Part shown: one piece after another, positions 1-10,191 of the stretch
Layout: each line of letters opens with the position of its first letter
Position numbering within the stretch: the stretch's first letter is position 1
Source: Saprospiraceae bacterium
Lineage (GTDB): Bacteria; Bacteroidota; Bacteroidia; Chitinophagales; Saprospiraceae
Assembly (NCBI GenBank): GCA_016714445.1
Contig: JADJNF010000004.1
Span: 183,861-247,860 of the forward strand
Length of the DNA stretch: 64,000 nt
Direction of reading: 5' to 3'
Notes under the pieces: model-generated
Seen by the model: only the letters and a program-made list of their open reading frames with translations
The model's database searches: none
Told to the model about the DNA's origin: nothing
Program-made: the position numbers and the translations under genes

Positions 1-49
1 CAAGACGTATTCTTCAGGAAAAAGTGCATGAATTGTACAGAGTAGCCAT

Positions 50-1393
50 ATGAATAATATCGACAAAATGTTCAGAAATAAACTGGAACATCTAAACGTG
101 GATGTCCCGGATGGAGCATGGGAGAATATTTCATCCAGATTACCTCAGCAAAAGCAACCTTATAGAATGTGGTGGACCATTGTTTCCGCATTTCTATTGT
201 TTTTGGTGTCTTATCTGGGTTACTACTCTTTTAATGACAATAAAAACAAGATTCATCGTACTGATAAACATGTAAATTTGCCTATTGCTTCAGATACCAA
301 ATCAAACATAAATAACATCAAAGAGATTAATCATGACTCTTGGATATCATCTGAGAAAATTGCTCTTACAAATACTAAAAATATTAAAAAAGCTCCTTCA
401 GAAACAGCCGTTAACAAAAGTATTGTTGATTTAAATAAAACTGCAGATCACGATGATATTAAAAATAGGTTAATCTCTGAAAATATTTTTGCAGATGAAA
501 TACATAGTACGGATAACCTTACAATACATCGCCAAACTTCTGAAGCTACCTCAATTGCAAATGAACTAAACAACAAAAAACTAAAATATTCAAGGGCTAT
601 CACATTTGAAATGCCTTTTATAAAAGAAAAACAGGCTAAAGCATGTCCATTTAATACCGATTACCAGGATAAAAGTGTAGATGTATATTTTTCGCACGAT
701 TTCCCAATGAAGAGTTTAACATCTGTTTCGAGTGAATATGATGGATATAAGAATATGCGTCAACAAACAGAAAAAACGATGTATTCATTTTCAGCAGGTG
801 CCAGATTTGGATATAATCTAAGTTATAAATGGAATCTTCATACTGGATTCAACTACAGCCAGATCAATGAAAAATTTGAATATATAGACCCTGAATCCAA
901 TCAGACCAGGATTATTACTATCAAGGATTATGTATACACAAACGGTAAAATTACAGATAGTATCATCACTGAAGAGCAAGTAATTATACCCGGAACCACC
1001 AAACTAAAAGTGTATAATACTTTCAGATCATTTGACATACCAGTCATCGGCAGATATACACTATTGGCCAATAAAAAGCTCAGTTTATCAGCTATGGCTG
1101 GAGTATATTTCAATCTTTCTCTTATAGAACGAGGGATGATTCTTGATTCAGATAATTCTTACCCAATTTCTATTACAGGCAGTCAAAATTCAGAAAGCAA
1201 TATTTTTAAATCTCAACTTGGTCTTAGTGGTTACGGCGCAATAAGTATGGCTTACCATCTGACATCATCATTGGATTTTTTGCTTGAACCAAACGCGAGA
1301 TTTCAAACTGAAAGTATGACCACTGGTGATTATCCTGTACGGCAACATTTTAACACTTTCGGAATATCTACAGGGTTAAGATTTAAATTTTAA
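50..1393 (+). CDS. Outer-membrane beta-barrel family protein: short N-terminal cytoplasmic segment, one TM helix, C-terminal barrel-like domain ending in F
   Basis: N-terminus MNNIDKMFRNKLEHLNVDVPDGAWENI matches the conserved N-terminal motif of a widespread Bacteroidetes OM beta-barrel family. Hydrophobic helix WWTIVSAFLLFLVSYLGYY. C-terminal alternating hydrophobic strands ending ...GLRFKF. Confidence 0.5.
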   Translation: MNNIDKMFRNKLEHLNVDVPDGAWENISSRLPQQKQPYRMWWTIVSAFLLFLVSYLGYYSFNDNKNKIHRTDKHVNLPIASDTKSNINNIKEINHDSWISSEKIALTNTKNIKKAPSETAVNKSIVDLNKTADHDDIKNRLISENIFADEIHSTDNLTIHRQTSEATSIANELNNKKLKYSRAITFEMPFIKEKQAKACPFNTDYQDKSVDVYFSHDFPMKSLTSVSSEYDGYKNMRQQTEKTMYSFSAGARFGYNLSYKWNLHTGFNYSQINEKFEYIDPESNQTRIITIKDYVYTNGKITDSIITEEQVIIPGTTKLKVYNTFRSFDIPVIGRYTLLANKKLSLSAMAGVYFNLSLIERGMILDSDNSYPISITGSQNSESNIFKSQLGLSGYGAISMAYHLTSSLDFLLEPNARFQTESMTTGDYPVRQHFNTFGISTGLRFKF

Positions 1394-1471
1394 TCATTTG
1401 CAGGCAGCGTTTACAATGTTCAAGTCATCTATTACCCGAACCCATTTATTTTCAGACATCAACATCTTATT

Positions 1472-2419
1472 GTGAGAAGTTTAATATTATTTTTTTTAGT
1501 TACTTTCCTTATTATTTCCTGCCATAAAGATGAAATCGTATTTATTCCAGATCAAACCTTCAGTATAAACAGTGATGAATTGCTGTCCAAACTGGTTGAA
1601 ACCCCTCAGTCATTCCAAATTATTCTTAATAATACAAGGAACATTTTTATCGCCTCGGATAACATAATTATTGATATCCCGGAACAGAGCCTCCAAGATG
1701 AATCCGGTCAAGTGGTTACGGGTGAAATAAAAATGCAGTTCAAAGAATTCAGCCACAAAAAAAGTAATCTGCTTTATGGCCCGTCTTCTATATTTCAAAA
1801 CAAAGTATTGAACTACTCAAAGATATTTTACATAAAATTCAGTCAAAACGGCAAAACACTGCAAATTATAAAACCCATTGACGTATATCTTCCATCGCAA
1901 GATAATAATTTAAATTATCTGATTTATAATGCTAAAAAAATTGATGAAACTTTTGTTTGGAGTAAAATGATGGGTGAATCTGAAAATGTTCGTAATGAAT
2001 CCTGGAACTTGAGTTATCATGATGCTCAATTGAATGTGAAAGGCTTTAAAGTATCTGTATCCGGGGCATCCAACTGGCACTGCATAGCCAGCCAGCCGGA
2101 ACAACAAACTAAAGTTATAGATGTCTGCCTGAATACTCCATCAGCATTTAGCAAAAACAATAGTTTGGTTTATTTGGTTATTAATGACAGCAATAGTAGT
2201 ATAAAATTGGAGACAGATGGGGACTCGTCTTCTTTTTGTGTACAAAATATCCTGACTAATCAGAAATTGGATGCTAAATTGATAGTCATTTCTCATCTCG
2301 GCAACGAAAATTACTATTTTGGCATGACAAATGCAGTATTAGATAGTAGCATTGATGTCGCTATCAATCCAGTGAAAAAAAATATAAAAGATATAAAGGA
2401 AGCGTTAAATTCGCTTTAA
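1472..2419 (+). CDS. Hypothetical lipoprotein
   Basis: Signal peptide with lipobox-like LIISC near the N-terminus. No recognisable catalytic motif. Confidence 0.4.
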   Translation: MRSLILFFLVTFLIISCHKDEIVFIPDQTFSINSDELLSKLVETPQSFQIILNNTRNIFIASDNIIIDIPEQSLQDESGQVVTGEIKMQFKEFSHKKSNLLYGPSSIFQNKVLNYSKIFYIKFSQNGKTLQIIKPIDVYLPSQDNNLNYLIYNAKKIDETFVWSKMMGESENVRNESWNLSYHDAQLNVKGFKVSVSGASNWHCIASQPEQQTKVIDVCLNTPSAFSKNNSLVYLVINDSNSSIKLETDGDSSSFCVQNILTNQKLDAKLIVISHLGNENYYFGMTNAVLDSSIDVAINPVKKNIKDIKEALNSL

Positions 2420-2460
2420 AGAAAGATACGGTTAGCCGTATTTTTATTCGTAAATGGGAA

Positions 2461-2503
2461 CCGCCTGTCTGAAGTAAAAGAATTTCAGGCAGGCATTTTT
2501 TTT
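2461..2503. terminator. Rho-independent terminator hairpin between convergent genes
   Basis: CCTGTCTGAAG...CTTCAGGCAGG stem followed by a T8 run. Lies between the stop of 1472-2419 (+) and the stop of dnaE (-). Confidence 0.4.
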
Positions 2504-2511
2504 GCTCATTA

Positions 2512-5500
2512 TTAATTCAGCTTATAAGCCAAACCCAAGACTTCCAACTCGTTGATAAACGTATAGTCAGCTGTTACCTTGATCGACGTAGCCACCAAAT
2601 CGATGCCAAAGTCATCTCCCTCATCTACTACTTTTAATTTTAATGTGTGGGGACCGACTTTGTCAAGACAAAGATGTTCGATTTCATGGACCAACTTTTC
2701 ATCAATAAGATGTAACGGAATCTTGATAGTGAGCGATTTGGTCATATTTTTACCAATGGTATCAAGCATACGAATGTCCTTCACCCTAAAAAATATACGG
2801 TCATTATTATACCCTTTTTCATTGATGCCTTCAAGATACAAAACCTGTCCTTTGGTGATGAGATGTTTGTAAGATTCAAACTGTTCATTATATATACTGA
2901 TTTGCAAAGAACCGGTAAAGTCCTGCATCGTAAATCGTGCGTATCCGGTTCCCTTTTGGCTTGTACCAAAATTCACTTCTGTAACTATTCCACCCAGTTT
3001 TAATAATTTACCTTGTACTTGTTCAGCTTTTTCTAGTGGACAATTGATAAAATGCTGAAATTCCAGATGATAATCGTCCAAAGGATGACCACTGATATAA
3101 ATACCGGTTACTTCCTTTTCCTTTTCCAGTTTTTCGATCTGATTCCATTCCGGCACTACGGGAGCTTTTGGCGAGTCTATATAACTGGTCATCGCATCAC
3201 CAAAAAGAGACATCTGATTGCTTTCTTTTTGTGCCTGATAATTAGATCCATATTTTAGCAACGATTCAATAAATGTTTCTGTCCGGTCACCTGTTATATC
3301 AAAATATTGCGCCCTATTTATACTTCCGAATGAATCCAATGCACCACCCAAAACAAGACTATCCAAACATTTTTTGTTGACCGAACGAAGATTGAGCCGA
3401 CGCATCATATCAAATACATCTTCAAAATGGCCGTTTTCCTTTCTCTCTCTGACTATTTCTTCTACAGGACCCTCACCTACACCTTTTAGTGCTGAAAGTC
3501 CAAAACGTACCTGACCTTTTGCATTTACCGCAAATTTTATATTACTCTCATTAATATCCGGACCCAGAACATCAATCTTCATACGTTTGGTCTCCTGAAG
3601 AAAAAAATTTATCTTTGAAATATCACTTTTGTTATGATTAAGTACAGATGCCATAAATGCTGCCGGATAGTGCGCTTTAAGATAAGCTGTCTGAAAGGCG
3701 ATGTATGCATAACAAGTGGAATGTGATTTATTGAACGCATAAGAAGCGAATGCCTCCCAATCCGTCCATATCTTTTTTACGGCTTCTTCCGGGTGTCCAT
3801 TGGCCTTACAGCCTTCCACAAATTTCGGAAACATTTTATCCAATACTGCTTTCTGCTTTTTTCCCATTGCTTTTCGCAGCATATCCGCATCACCCTTACT
3901 GAATCCTGCCAGTTTTTGCGAAAGCAGCATGACCTGCTCCTGATATACCGTAATACCGTATGTCTCAGCAAGTATACCTTCCATGTCCGGTAGGTCAAAT
4001 TTTATTTCCTGCTTTCCATTCTTCCGGGCTATAAAATCAGGAATATATTGAAGCGGGCCCGGTCTGTATAAGGCATTCATCGCAATAAGATCCTCAAATC
4101 GGGTAGGTACAAGGTCTCTAAGATGCTTTTGCATTCCCGGAGATTCATACTGAAAAATTCCCACCATATCGCCTCTCTGAAAAAGCTCAAAAGTCAATTC
4201 ATCTTCCAAAGAAATGGCGTCAATATCGATGTCCGCTCCATATCGGTCTTTTATAATTTCCAGGGCATCTTTTATGATGGTCAGTGTTTTCAGTCCCAGA
4301 AAGTCCATTTTAAGGAGACCCGCTTCTTCGGCGACACTGTTGTCGTACTGGGAAACGAGCAATTCTGAATCTTTTGCCACTGAAACAGGTACAAAATTGG
4401 TAATATCGTCGGGCGTTATGATCACACCACAGGCGTGAATCCCGGTGTTCCGTACGGATCCCTCGAGTTTCTTTGCTGTCCTGATCATTTCTCCGATATC
4501 AGATTTTTCTTCCGACATCTTACGAAATTCATAGGCTTTTTCTTTATCCTCTGAAGTGAATACTTCCTTTTGTTTACTATCTATATCTTTTTCAGCCAAT
4601 ACTCCAGCCAGTGTCGCCGTCAGATGAGACGGAAATATTTTAGCTACCCTATCCACTTCATTGAGCGGGATATTCATGACACGACCTACATCTCTCAGGG
4701 ATGATCGCGCAGCCATTGTTCCATAGGTTACAATCTGCGCTACCTGATTTTTACCATATTTATCGATGACATAATCGATGACTTTACCACGTCCGTCATC
4801 ATCAAAGTCTATATCGATATCGGGCATGGATACACGCTCAGGATTGAGAAAACGCTCAAACAGCAAATCATATTTTATCGGGTCAATATTAGTAATACCC
4901 AGACAATATGCTACACATGAGCCGGCTGCAGAACCACGACCAGGACCAACAGATACGCCCATTTGTCTTGCTACACTGGTAAAATCCTGCACGATGAGAA
5001 AATAACCCGAATATCCTGATTTTGTAATGACATCAAGTTCAAAATTCAGTCTATCTTCGACAATCTTGTCTATGGATCCATATTTTCGCCTCGCACCTTC
5101 AAAAGACAAATGACGAAGATATAATTCCTGGGTATCAAACCCAACAGGAAGTGGGAATGCCGGCAATAATATATCTCTGGCCAATTCGATGTTATCAATC
5201 TTGGAGGAGATTTCAATGGTATTCTCTATCGCTTCTTTTACATCGCCAAAGAGAGTATTCATCTCAGCTTTAGTTTTGAAATAAAAGTCCGAACTCGGAA
5301 ATTTAAATCGCTCTTTATCTTCCAGAAGTGAGCCTGTATTTACACACAATAAAACATCATGCGGCGCATAGTCCTCTTGCTCTACATAGTGAGAATCATT
5401 GGTAACTATGGTTTTGATATTATATTTTTTCGCAAAACCCAGCAAAATCTGATTCACATCTTCCTGACTCATGCCTGTATCGTCTATCTTCTCAAGACCT

Positions 5501-6045
5501 TTATGACGCTGCAACTCAATGTAGTAATCTTCACCAAACAAATCCAACCACCATTTTAATCTCTCTTCTGCTAGGGCTATATTACCGGTAAGAATAGTCT
5601 GAGGTATTTCAGCACCGAGACAACAGCTGGTAGCAATGATACCTTCATGATATTTCAGAATGAGTTCTTTATCAATACGAGGATATTTGCCATATAATCC
5701 TTCAGTATACCCTAAAGAACAAAGCTTGGTAAGATTTTCGTATCCTTTTACAGATTTTGCCAGCATGAGCTGATGATATCGTACGTCTTTTTGGCCTCTT
5801 GCTTTTTCAAAATGTTTGATATGGCGATCTTCCGAGACATAAAACTCACAACCAATGATAGGTTTAATACCCTGGGCTTTAGCTTCCTTTACAAATTTAA
5901 ATACACCAAACATATTGCCATGATCAGTGATAGCAACTGCCGATTGACCATCAGCTTTGGCCTTTTTCATCAGTGTTTTTATGTCTGATGCACCATCAAG
6001 GAGCGAATATTGGGTATGTGAGTGTAAATGACAAAAATCTATCAT
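2512..6045 (-). CDS. dnaE: DNA polymerase III alpha subunit
   Basis: N-terminal PHP motif MIDFCHLHSHTQYSLLDGASDIKTLMKKAKADGQSAVAITDHGNMFG. 1177 aa. Pol III alpha palm/fingers motifs present. The true start is probably the internal ATG at 6045 rather than the ORF-track start at 6114. Confidence 0.95.
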   Translation of the reverse strand: MIDFCHLHSHTQYSLLDGASDIKTLMKKAKADGQSAVAITDHGNMFGVFKFVKEAKAQGIKPIIGCEFYVSEDRHIKHFEKARGQKDVRYHQLMLAKSVKGYENLTKLCSLGYTEGLYGKYPRIDKELILKYHEGIIATSCCLGAEIPQTILTGNIALAEERLKWWLDLFGEDYYIELQRHKGLEKIDDTGMSQEDVNQILLGFAKKYNIKTIVTNDSHYVEQEDYAPHDVLLCVNTGSLLEDKERFKFPSSDFYFKTKAEMNTLFGDVKEAIENTIEISSKIDNIELARDILLPAFPLPVGFDTQELYLRHLSFEGARRKYGSIDKIVEDRLNFELDVITKSGYSGYFLIVQDFTSVARQMGVSVGPGRGSAAGSCVAYCLGITNIDPIKYDLLFERFLNPERVSMPDIDIDFDDDGRGKVIDYVIDKYGKNQVAQIVTYGTMAARSSLRDVGRVMNIPLNEVDRVAKIFPSHLTATLAGVLAEKDIDSKQKEVFTSEDKEKAYEFRKMSEEKSDIGEMIRTAKKLEGSVRNTGIHACGVIITPDDITNFVPVSVAKDSELLVSQYDNSVAEEAGLLKMDFLGLKTLTIIKDALEIIKDRYGADIDIDAISLEDELTFELFQRGDMVGIFQYESPGMQKHLRDLVPTRFEDLIAMNALYRPGPLQYIPDFIARKNGKQEIKFDLPDMEGILAETYGITVYQEQVMLLSQKLAGFSKGDADMLRKAMGKKQKAVLDKMFPKFVEGCKANGHPEEAVKKIWTDWEAFASYAFNKSHSTCYAYIAFQTAYLKAHYPAAFMASVLNHNKSDISKINFFLQETKRMKIDVLGPDINESNIKFAVNAKGQVRFGLSALKGVGEGPVEEIVRERKENGHFEDVFDMMRRLNLRSVNKKCLDSLVLGGALDSFGSINRAQYFDITGDRTETFIESLLKYGSNYQAQKESNQMSLFGDAMTSYIDSPKAPVVPEWNQIEKLEKEKEVTGIYISGHPLDDYHLEFQHFINCPLEKAEQVQGKLLKLGGIVTEVNFGTSQKGTGYARFTMQDFTGSLQISIYNEQFESYKHLITKGQVLYLEGINEKGYNNDRIFFRVKDIRMLDTIGKNMTKSLTIKIPLHLIDEKLVHEIEHLCLDKVGPHTLKLKVVDEGDDFGIDLVATSIKVTADYTFINELEVLGLAYKLN

Positions 6046-6357
6046 ATGGTTCTTAAATGATGAAAAAAGAGTGAAATGCAAAGATAAGGTTTTAATACTT
6101 TTTAGTGCCCTCAAAAAGGCAGAATCAGTATAATAATAAGAATCAAATTCATAAAAGAAAATAATGATTGTACATTCCAGGGAAAATTTTGATGTCTGTA
6201 TAATTTCTTATTTCTATGAAATATGGGTATCAAAATATAACAAATTTAAAAAATATAATCCAATTTATCGGAATTTTCCGCTAATTAAGTATTTTTGTAT
6301 ATTCATAGGATTTAGTTAGTCTGTAATATATATAATTTGTGATTAATACATTAAGAT

Positions 6358-7743
6358 ATGATTAGTAATATTTTAAAATTTACATATAGTAAAAATCTGG
6401 CTGCTTCTATAATATTGTCTTTTTTAGCTTTAATTTTGTTTGATTCCTGTACTAAAGACAGCAGTGATCAATTAAGTAAAACTACAGAAGAGTATTCTGC
6501 CGATTTTATATTGTCTTATTATGATCAGATTTGCAAAACAGTTAAAACAACTCAGGGATTTTTTCCACCACAAGCTGCCCGGGCTTATGGATATATCGGA
6601 ATAGCTCAATATGAAGCTGTAGTTAATGGTATAGAGAATGCTAAGAGTCTGCAAAATCAATTGAATGGGTTTGCTTCATTCCAACTGCCTACGCCAATAC
6701 AAGGAGAATTATACAATTGGGCGATTGCGTCAAACGCTGCTACTGCCCGAATGATGAAATACATGTTTGATAAAAATCTTACTCCGGCAAACAGACTTAA
6801 AATCGACAGTCTGGAGATTTTTTATCATAACCAATTATCTGCCGGAGAAGAAGTCAGCATAGTAAGCAGATCACAAGCTTATGGTCAGAATATTGCAGAT
6901 GTTGTTTATAATTATTCAAAGACAGACGGAGGACATGAATCATATCTGGATCCTTTTCAATTGCCTTATTCTGTCCCATCTGATCCTTTTTGCTGGGTAC
7001 CCACAGGAGCCATCACAACTCCATTGAGTCCAAGATGGGGAAACAACAGACCTTTCCTGACATCAAATATACAAAAAGTACAACCACCACAACATATGGC
7101 TTTTTCAGTGGCTACAAATTCTGAATTTTACAAAGAAGCCATGATCGTGTACAATACAGTAACAAATAATACAAGCGAACAAATCGAAATAGCAAAATAC
7201 TGGGCGGATGATCCTTTTGCAACCTGTACCCCTGCCGGCCATACATTCAATATTCTTGCCCAAATTTTAAAAGAAGAAAGGGCTACATTGGCAAAATCCA
7301 GTCTGGCATTTGCGAAAATGTCACTTGCCGAAAATGATGCATTCATTTCTTGCTGGAAAGGTAAGTACGATTATATATTAATCAGACCAGTGTCATACAT
7401 TCAAAAATATATAGATGCCAATTTTAAAACGGTCATAGGCACTCCTCCTTTTCCTGCATATACTTCAGGACATTCCTGTGAAATGGGAGCTGGTTCCCGC
7501 ATTTTGAGTTCTCTTTTTACTAATGGAAGTGGGGATTATCAGTTTACAGATTACAGTCAGCTACAATATGGATTTTTTGCCAGAAGTTATTCAAATTTTG
7601 AGGAAATGGCTCAGGAATGCGCTGATAGCAGATTGTATGGTGGCATCCATTACCCAATTGACAATTCCAAAGGTCTACAGGTAGGAAAAGCGATAGGCGA
7701 CAATGTAAACAAAGAGATCATATGGCCGCTTTTTGTACGATGA
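6358..7743 (+). CDS. PAP2-superfamily vanadium-dependent haloperoxidase-like lipoprotein
   Basis: Lipobox LFDSC. PAP2/haloperoxidase active-site motifs: KYDYILIRPVSY (K-x6-RP), TSGHSCEMGAGS (PSGH), SRLYGGIHYPIDN (SR-x5-H-x3-D). Confidence 0.6.
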   Translation: MISNILKFTYSKNLAASIILSFLALILFDSCTKDSSDQLSKTTEEYSADFILSYYDQICKTVKTTQGFFPPQAARAYGYIGIAQYEAVVNGIENAKSLQNQLNGFASFQLPTPIQGELYNWAIASNAATARMMKYMFDKNLTPANRLKIDSLEIFYHNQLSAGEEVSIVSRSQAYGQNIADVVYNYSKTDGGHESYLDPFQLPYSVPSDPFCWVPTGAITTPLSPRWGNNRPFLTSNIQKVQPPQHMAFSVATNSEFYKEAMIVYNTVTNNTSEQIEIAKYWADDPFATCTPAGHTFNILAQILKEERATLAKSSLAFAKMSLAENDAFISCWKGKYDYILIRPVSYIQKYIDANFKTVIGTPPFPAYTSGHSCEMGAGSRILSSLFTNGSGDYQFTDYSQLQYGFFARSYSNFEEMAQECADSRLYGGIHYPIDNSKGLQVGKAIGDNVNKEIIWPLFVR

Positions 7744-8105
7744 AAAAATATTATCTATTCATGATATTATTTATCATTTCCTGTACACAAAAAGTTAATG
7801 TCGTGGAGCTGGCAGAGCAATTTGCTGAACTTGAATGCAAAGCTATAATGCTTAAAGATAAAAGATATGTACTTGCTGACCGATTAAGAGAAATAGAAAT
7901 GGATACAGTCACAAACAGGAAAGAGCTGGATTCATTAAATAAAATTATCATCCTCACAAAACAAGAAAGTCTTTCCCTGGCAGATTCTATAAAAACTCAA
8001 CTCGATGATCTTTTTACACATCATCTAAAAGATCCGTCAGATAGAGTAGCTTTCAATAATCATCTTAGAAAAGTCATTGAAACCAAAGGTTGTATGCTTC
8101 ATTAA
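7740..8105 (+). CDS. Hypothetical small lipoprotein
   Basis: Start MKKYYLFMILFIISC overlaps the previous stop in an ATGA arrangement. No known motif. Confidence 0.4.
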   Translation: MKKYYLFMILFIISCTQKVNVVELAEQFAELECKAIMLKDKRYVLADRLREIEMDTVTNRKELDSLNKIIILTKQESLSLADSIKTQLDDLFTHHLKDPSDRVAFNNHLRKVIETKGCMLH

Positions 8106-9079
8106 GTTTCAATTTTTCGTTGTATCGACCCGATATATCTGAAAAAAAAGAAGCCAAAAAGTACTATACTAATAGAAATAACTGATTTGGTCAGATCTGG
8201 TCTGATCACAAACATGGCACCAAGATATTGGACCAAAAAAATAAAATATAAAAAATTCGTAAATGTAATTCTTGAGATTTTATTTACTACATAAGCGCCC
8301 AATGGAGCAAAAAAGATCACAATAGGAATACAGCTCAACCACATGTCATAAGACTCTTTTGAAATATCTTTAATGACCAAACCATGTAAAGCAAATCCAG
8401 CAATAGTTTCAATGGTCATAATGATTATAGAAGATGGTGTGGCTACTTTTTCATTTACTTTGTAATAAATGACTAAAAAACAAAAGGTAAAAATATTTAT
8501 TCCTGTTCCGAACAAGGACGAGATACCTCCTCCAATAAAGCCAAATAAAATAAGATTTATCCTATCCGAATGGCTGAACAAGATAATTTTCTCATAAATG
8601 ATTCTTGTTTGTTTTCTGTTTTCCAAATACAGGACGATTCCAAAAGCTAGCCATAATGACACAAATATCAGCTTGGCCACCATCGGTTGAATATAAGGCA
8701 CTAAGTTGTAGGTGCCAAATAGCAGACCAAACAAACCACCAAAAGAAACGTAGATAATATAGTTCCAGTCCAATGCAATTTTTTTGTTCAAAATGTAAAT
8801 AGAAGCTGCTGTCATACCAACGCTTTGGATTGCGAATGCAAAATTTCTGGCAACATCCGGTGCAACACCCAAATAAAGTGTGAACATCGGATAGGCTATA
8901 GAAGCACTTCCCTCAGGACTTGAACCGGCTACAAAAGATCCGAATACCATGGTGATCATAACGTACAGGTTTTCGCTAAGAATAGAAAACATGTTGTTAA
9001 CATTCATATACCAAAACCATACTGTAATGACTACAATAAGATAAAGCCAGTAAATGAAAGGATATTTTTTGTTTTTCAA
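8102..9079 (-). CDS. TauE/SafE (TSUP)-like permease
   Basis: About 8 predicted TM helices. Glycine-rich motif GGGISSLFGTG typical of the TSUP family. Confidence 0.45.
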   Translation of the reverse strand: MKNKKYPFIYWLYLIVVITVWFWYMNVNNMFSILSENLYVMITMVFGSFVAGSSPEGSASIAYPMFTLYLGVAPDVARNFAFAIQSVGMTAASIYILNKKIALDWNYIIYVSFGGLFGLLFGTYNLVPYIQPMVAKLIFVSLWLAFGIVLYLENRKQTRIIYEKIILFSHSDRINLILFGFIGGGISSLFGTGINIFTFCFLVIYYKVNEKVATPSSIIIMTIETIAGFALHGLVIKDISKESYDMWLSCIPIVIFFAPLGAYVVNKISRITFTNFLYFIFLVQYLGAMFVIRPDLTKSVISISIVLFGFFFFRYIGSIQRKIET

Positions 9080-9154
9080 AATTTATATTTGACCCGATAA
9101 AAAAGCTTAATTTTACTTCCTAATTCAGTATCGTAAAATATTGGCACAAGATAA

Positions 9155-9565
9155 ATGAAACAAACAGAACAAATATTAGAAAAAATGCAATCTGAGCATG
9201 AATATTTAAAAAATACACAACTCAGCCTTTTTGAAAATTTAAATATACTTCTGGAAAATCAAAAAAACAGAGTAGAAAACCAAGATCTGGTCATTCAAAA
9301 CCAAAGTCTGATCATCAGAAATCAGGACGTGATAGTCAATAATCAGATCAACATCATCAGAAACCAGAAGCAGATCGTTGAAAATCAGGTGACCCTTTCC
9401 GCCATTCTTAAAACTCAGGCTAAAATACTATTACTTATTGAAAACATGGCTGGCAACAAAAAAACTGAAACCGATGTCAATTTGGAAGTACAGGAAATAC
9501 TATTACATTGCAAAGAACAATTTGAAGGTGGCATTTTAAATGTATACGACCTGAATTCAAAATAA
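9155..9565 (+). CDS. Hypothetical protein with heptad xxNQxxI repeats
   Basis: Protein contains VENQDLV IQNQSLI IRNQDVI VNNQINI IRNQKQI VENQVTL, encoded by an imperfect 21-bp tandem DNA repeat. Confidence 0.4.
   Translation: MKQTEQILEKMQSEHEYLKNTQLSLFENLNILLENQKNRVENQDLVIQNQSLIIRNQDVIVNNQINIIRNQKQIVENQVTLSAILKTQAKILLLIENMAGNKKTETDVNLEVQEILLHCKEQFEGGILNVYDLNSK
9268..9400 (+). repeat. Imperfect 21-bp tandem repeat (about 6 units) encoding 7-residue NQ repeats
   Basis: Units such as caaaaccaaagtctgatcatc / agaaatcaggacgtgatagtc / aataatcagatcaacatcatc, read directly from the sequence. Confidence 0.6.
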
Positions 9566-9578
9566 TACGCCATTGTAC

Positions 9579-10049
9579 TCAACCGAAATTGCGGAGCTGC
9601 TCCTCAAGAAGTTTTATATTGATTTTTAGGGTTTTATTTTCTGCTTCTCTACTCTCAAGTAGTTGTTTAAGCATTTGTATCTGGAGTTGTGTACTTTCCA
9701 GTTTTTGTGTAATCAATTTAATATTAAAAAGATATTTTTCATTTTCAAAAGTAAGGTCTTTCTCATCTGTCAGAAGAGTTGCTTTTCCTTTTGCAAAATT
9801 CGAACCCTTTTTTTTATATAATTCCGGAATATCGGAATTATATAAAGTGTCTATTGGCGTTTCGAAAAATTGACTGAATTTTTGAACCACGTCCAGACCT
9901 GGCAAAGATTTCCCAATTTCATAGTCAGATATAGCGCTTTTGCTTATTTTAAGCATTTCACTAAGCTCTAATAACGTCAGTTTTTTTAACTTTCTTAGAA
10001 ATCTCAAATTTTTCCCAAAAAAATATTCCGTTTTATTGGAATTTTCCAT
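9579..10049 (-). CDS. XRE-family HTH transcriptional regulator with C-terminal coiled coil
   Basis: HTH LRFLRKLKKLTLLELSEMLKISKSAISDYEIGKSLP. Leucine-rich C-terminal heptads. Confidence 0.6.
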   Translation of the reverse strand: MENSNKTEYFFGKNLRFLRKLKKLTLLELSEMLKISKSAISDYEIGKSLPGLDVVQKFSQFFETPIDTLYNSDIPELYKKKGSNFAKGKATLLTDEKDLTFENEKYLFNIKLITQKLESTQLQIQMLKQLLESREAENKTLKINIKLLEEQLRNFG

Positions 10050-10191
10050 GATTTAAGTATTTTTGTTCCAATATTTCATTTAGCATTGCAAAAATACACT
10101 TAATAATTTCTTTACTTCATACAAAAAACGACAAATTTTTAATCAGATTTTTTCATATCATTTTATATTTTTATCAGTTTCAAAACATTAT

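Noticed and set aside
2579-5988. Several 60-100-aa ORFs on both strands inside dnaE (e.g. 2579-2872, 3777-3998, 4214-4438)
   Set aside because: Entirely nested in or antisense to a strongly supported 1177-aa DnaE frame. Low-complexity translations. Shadow ORFs.
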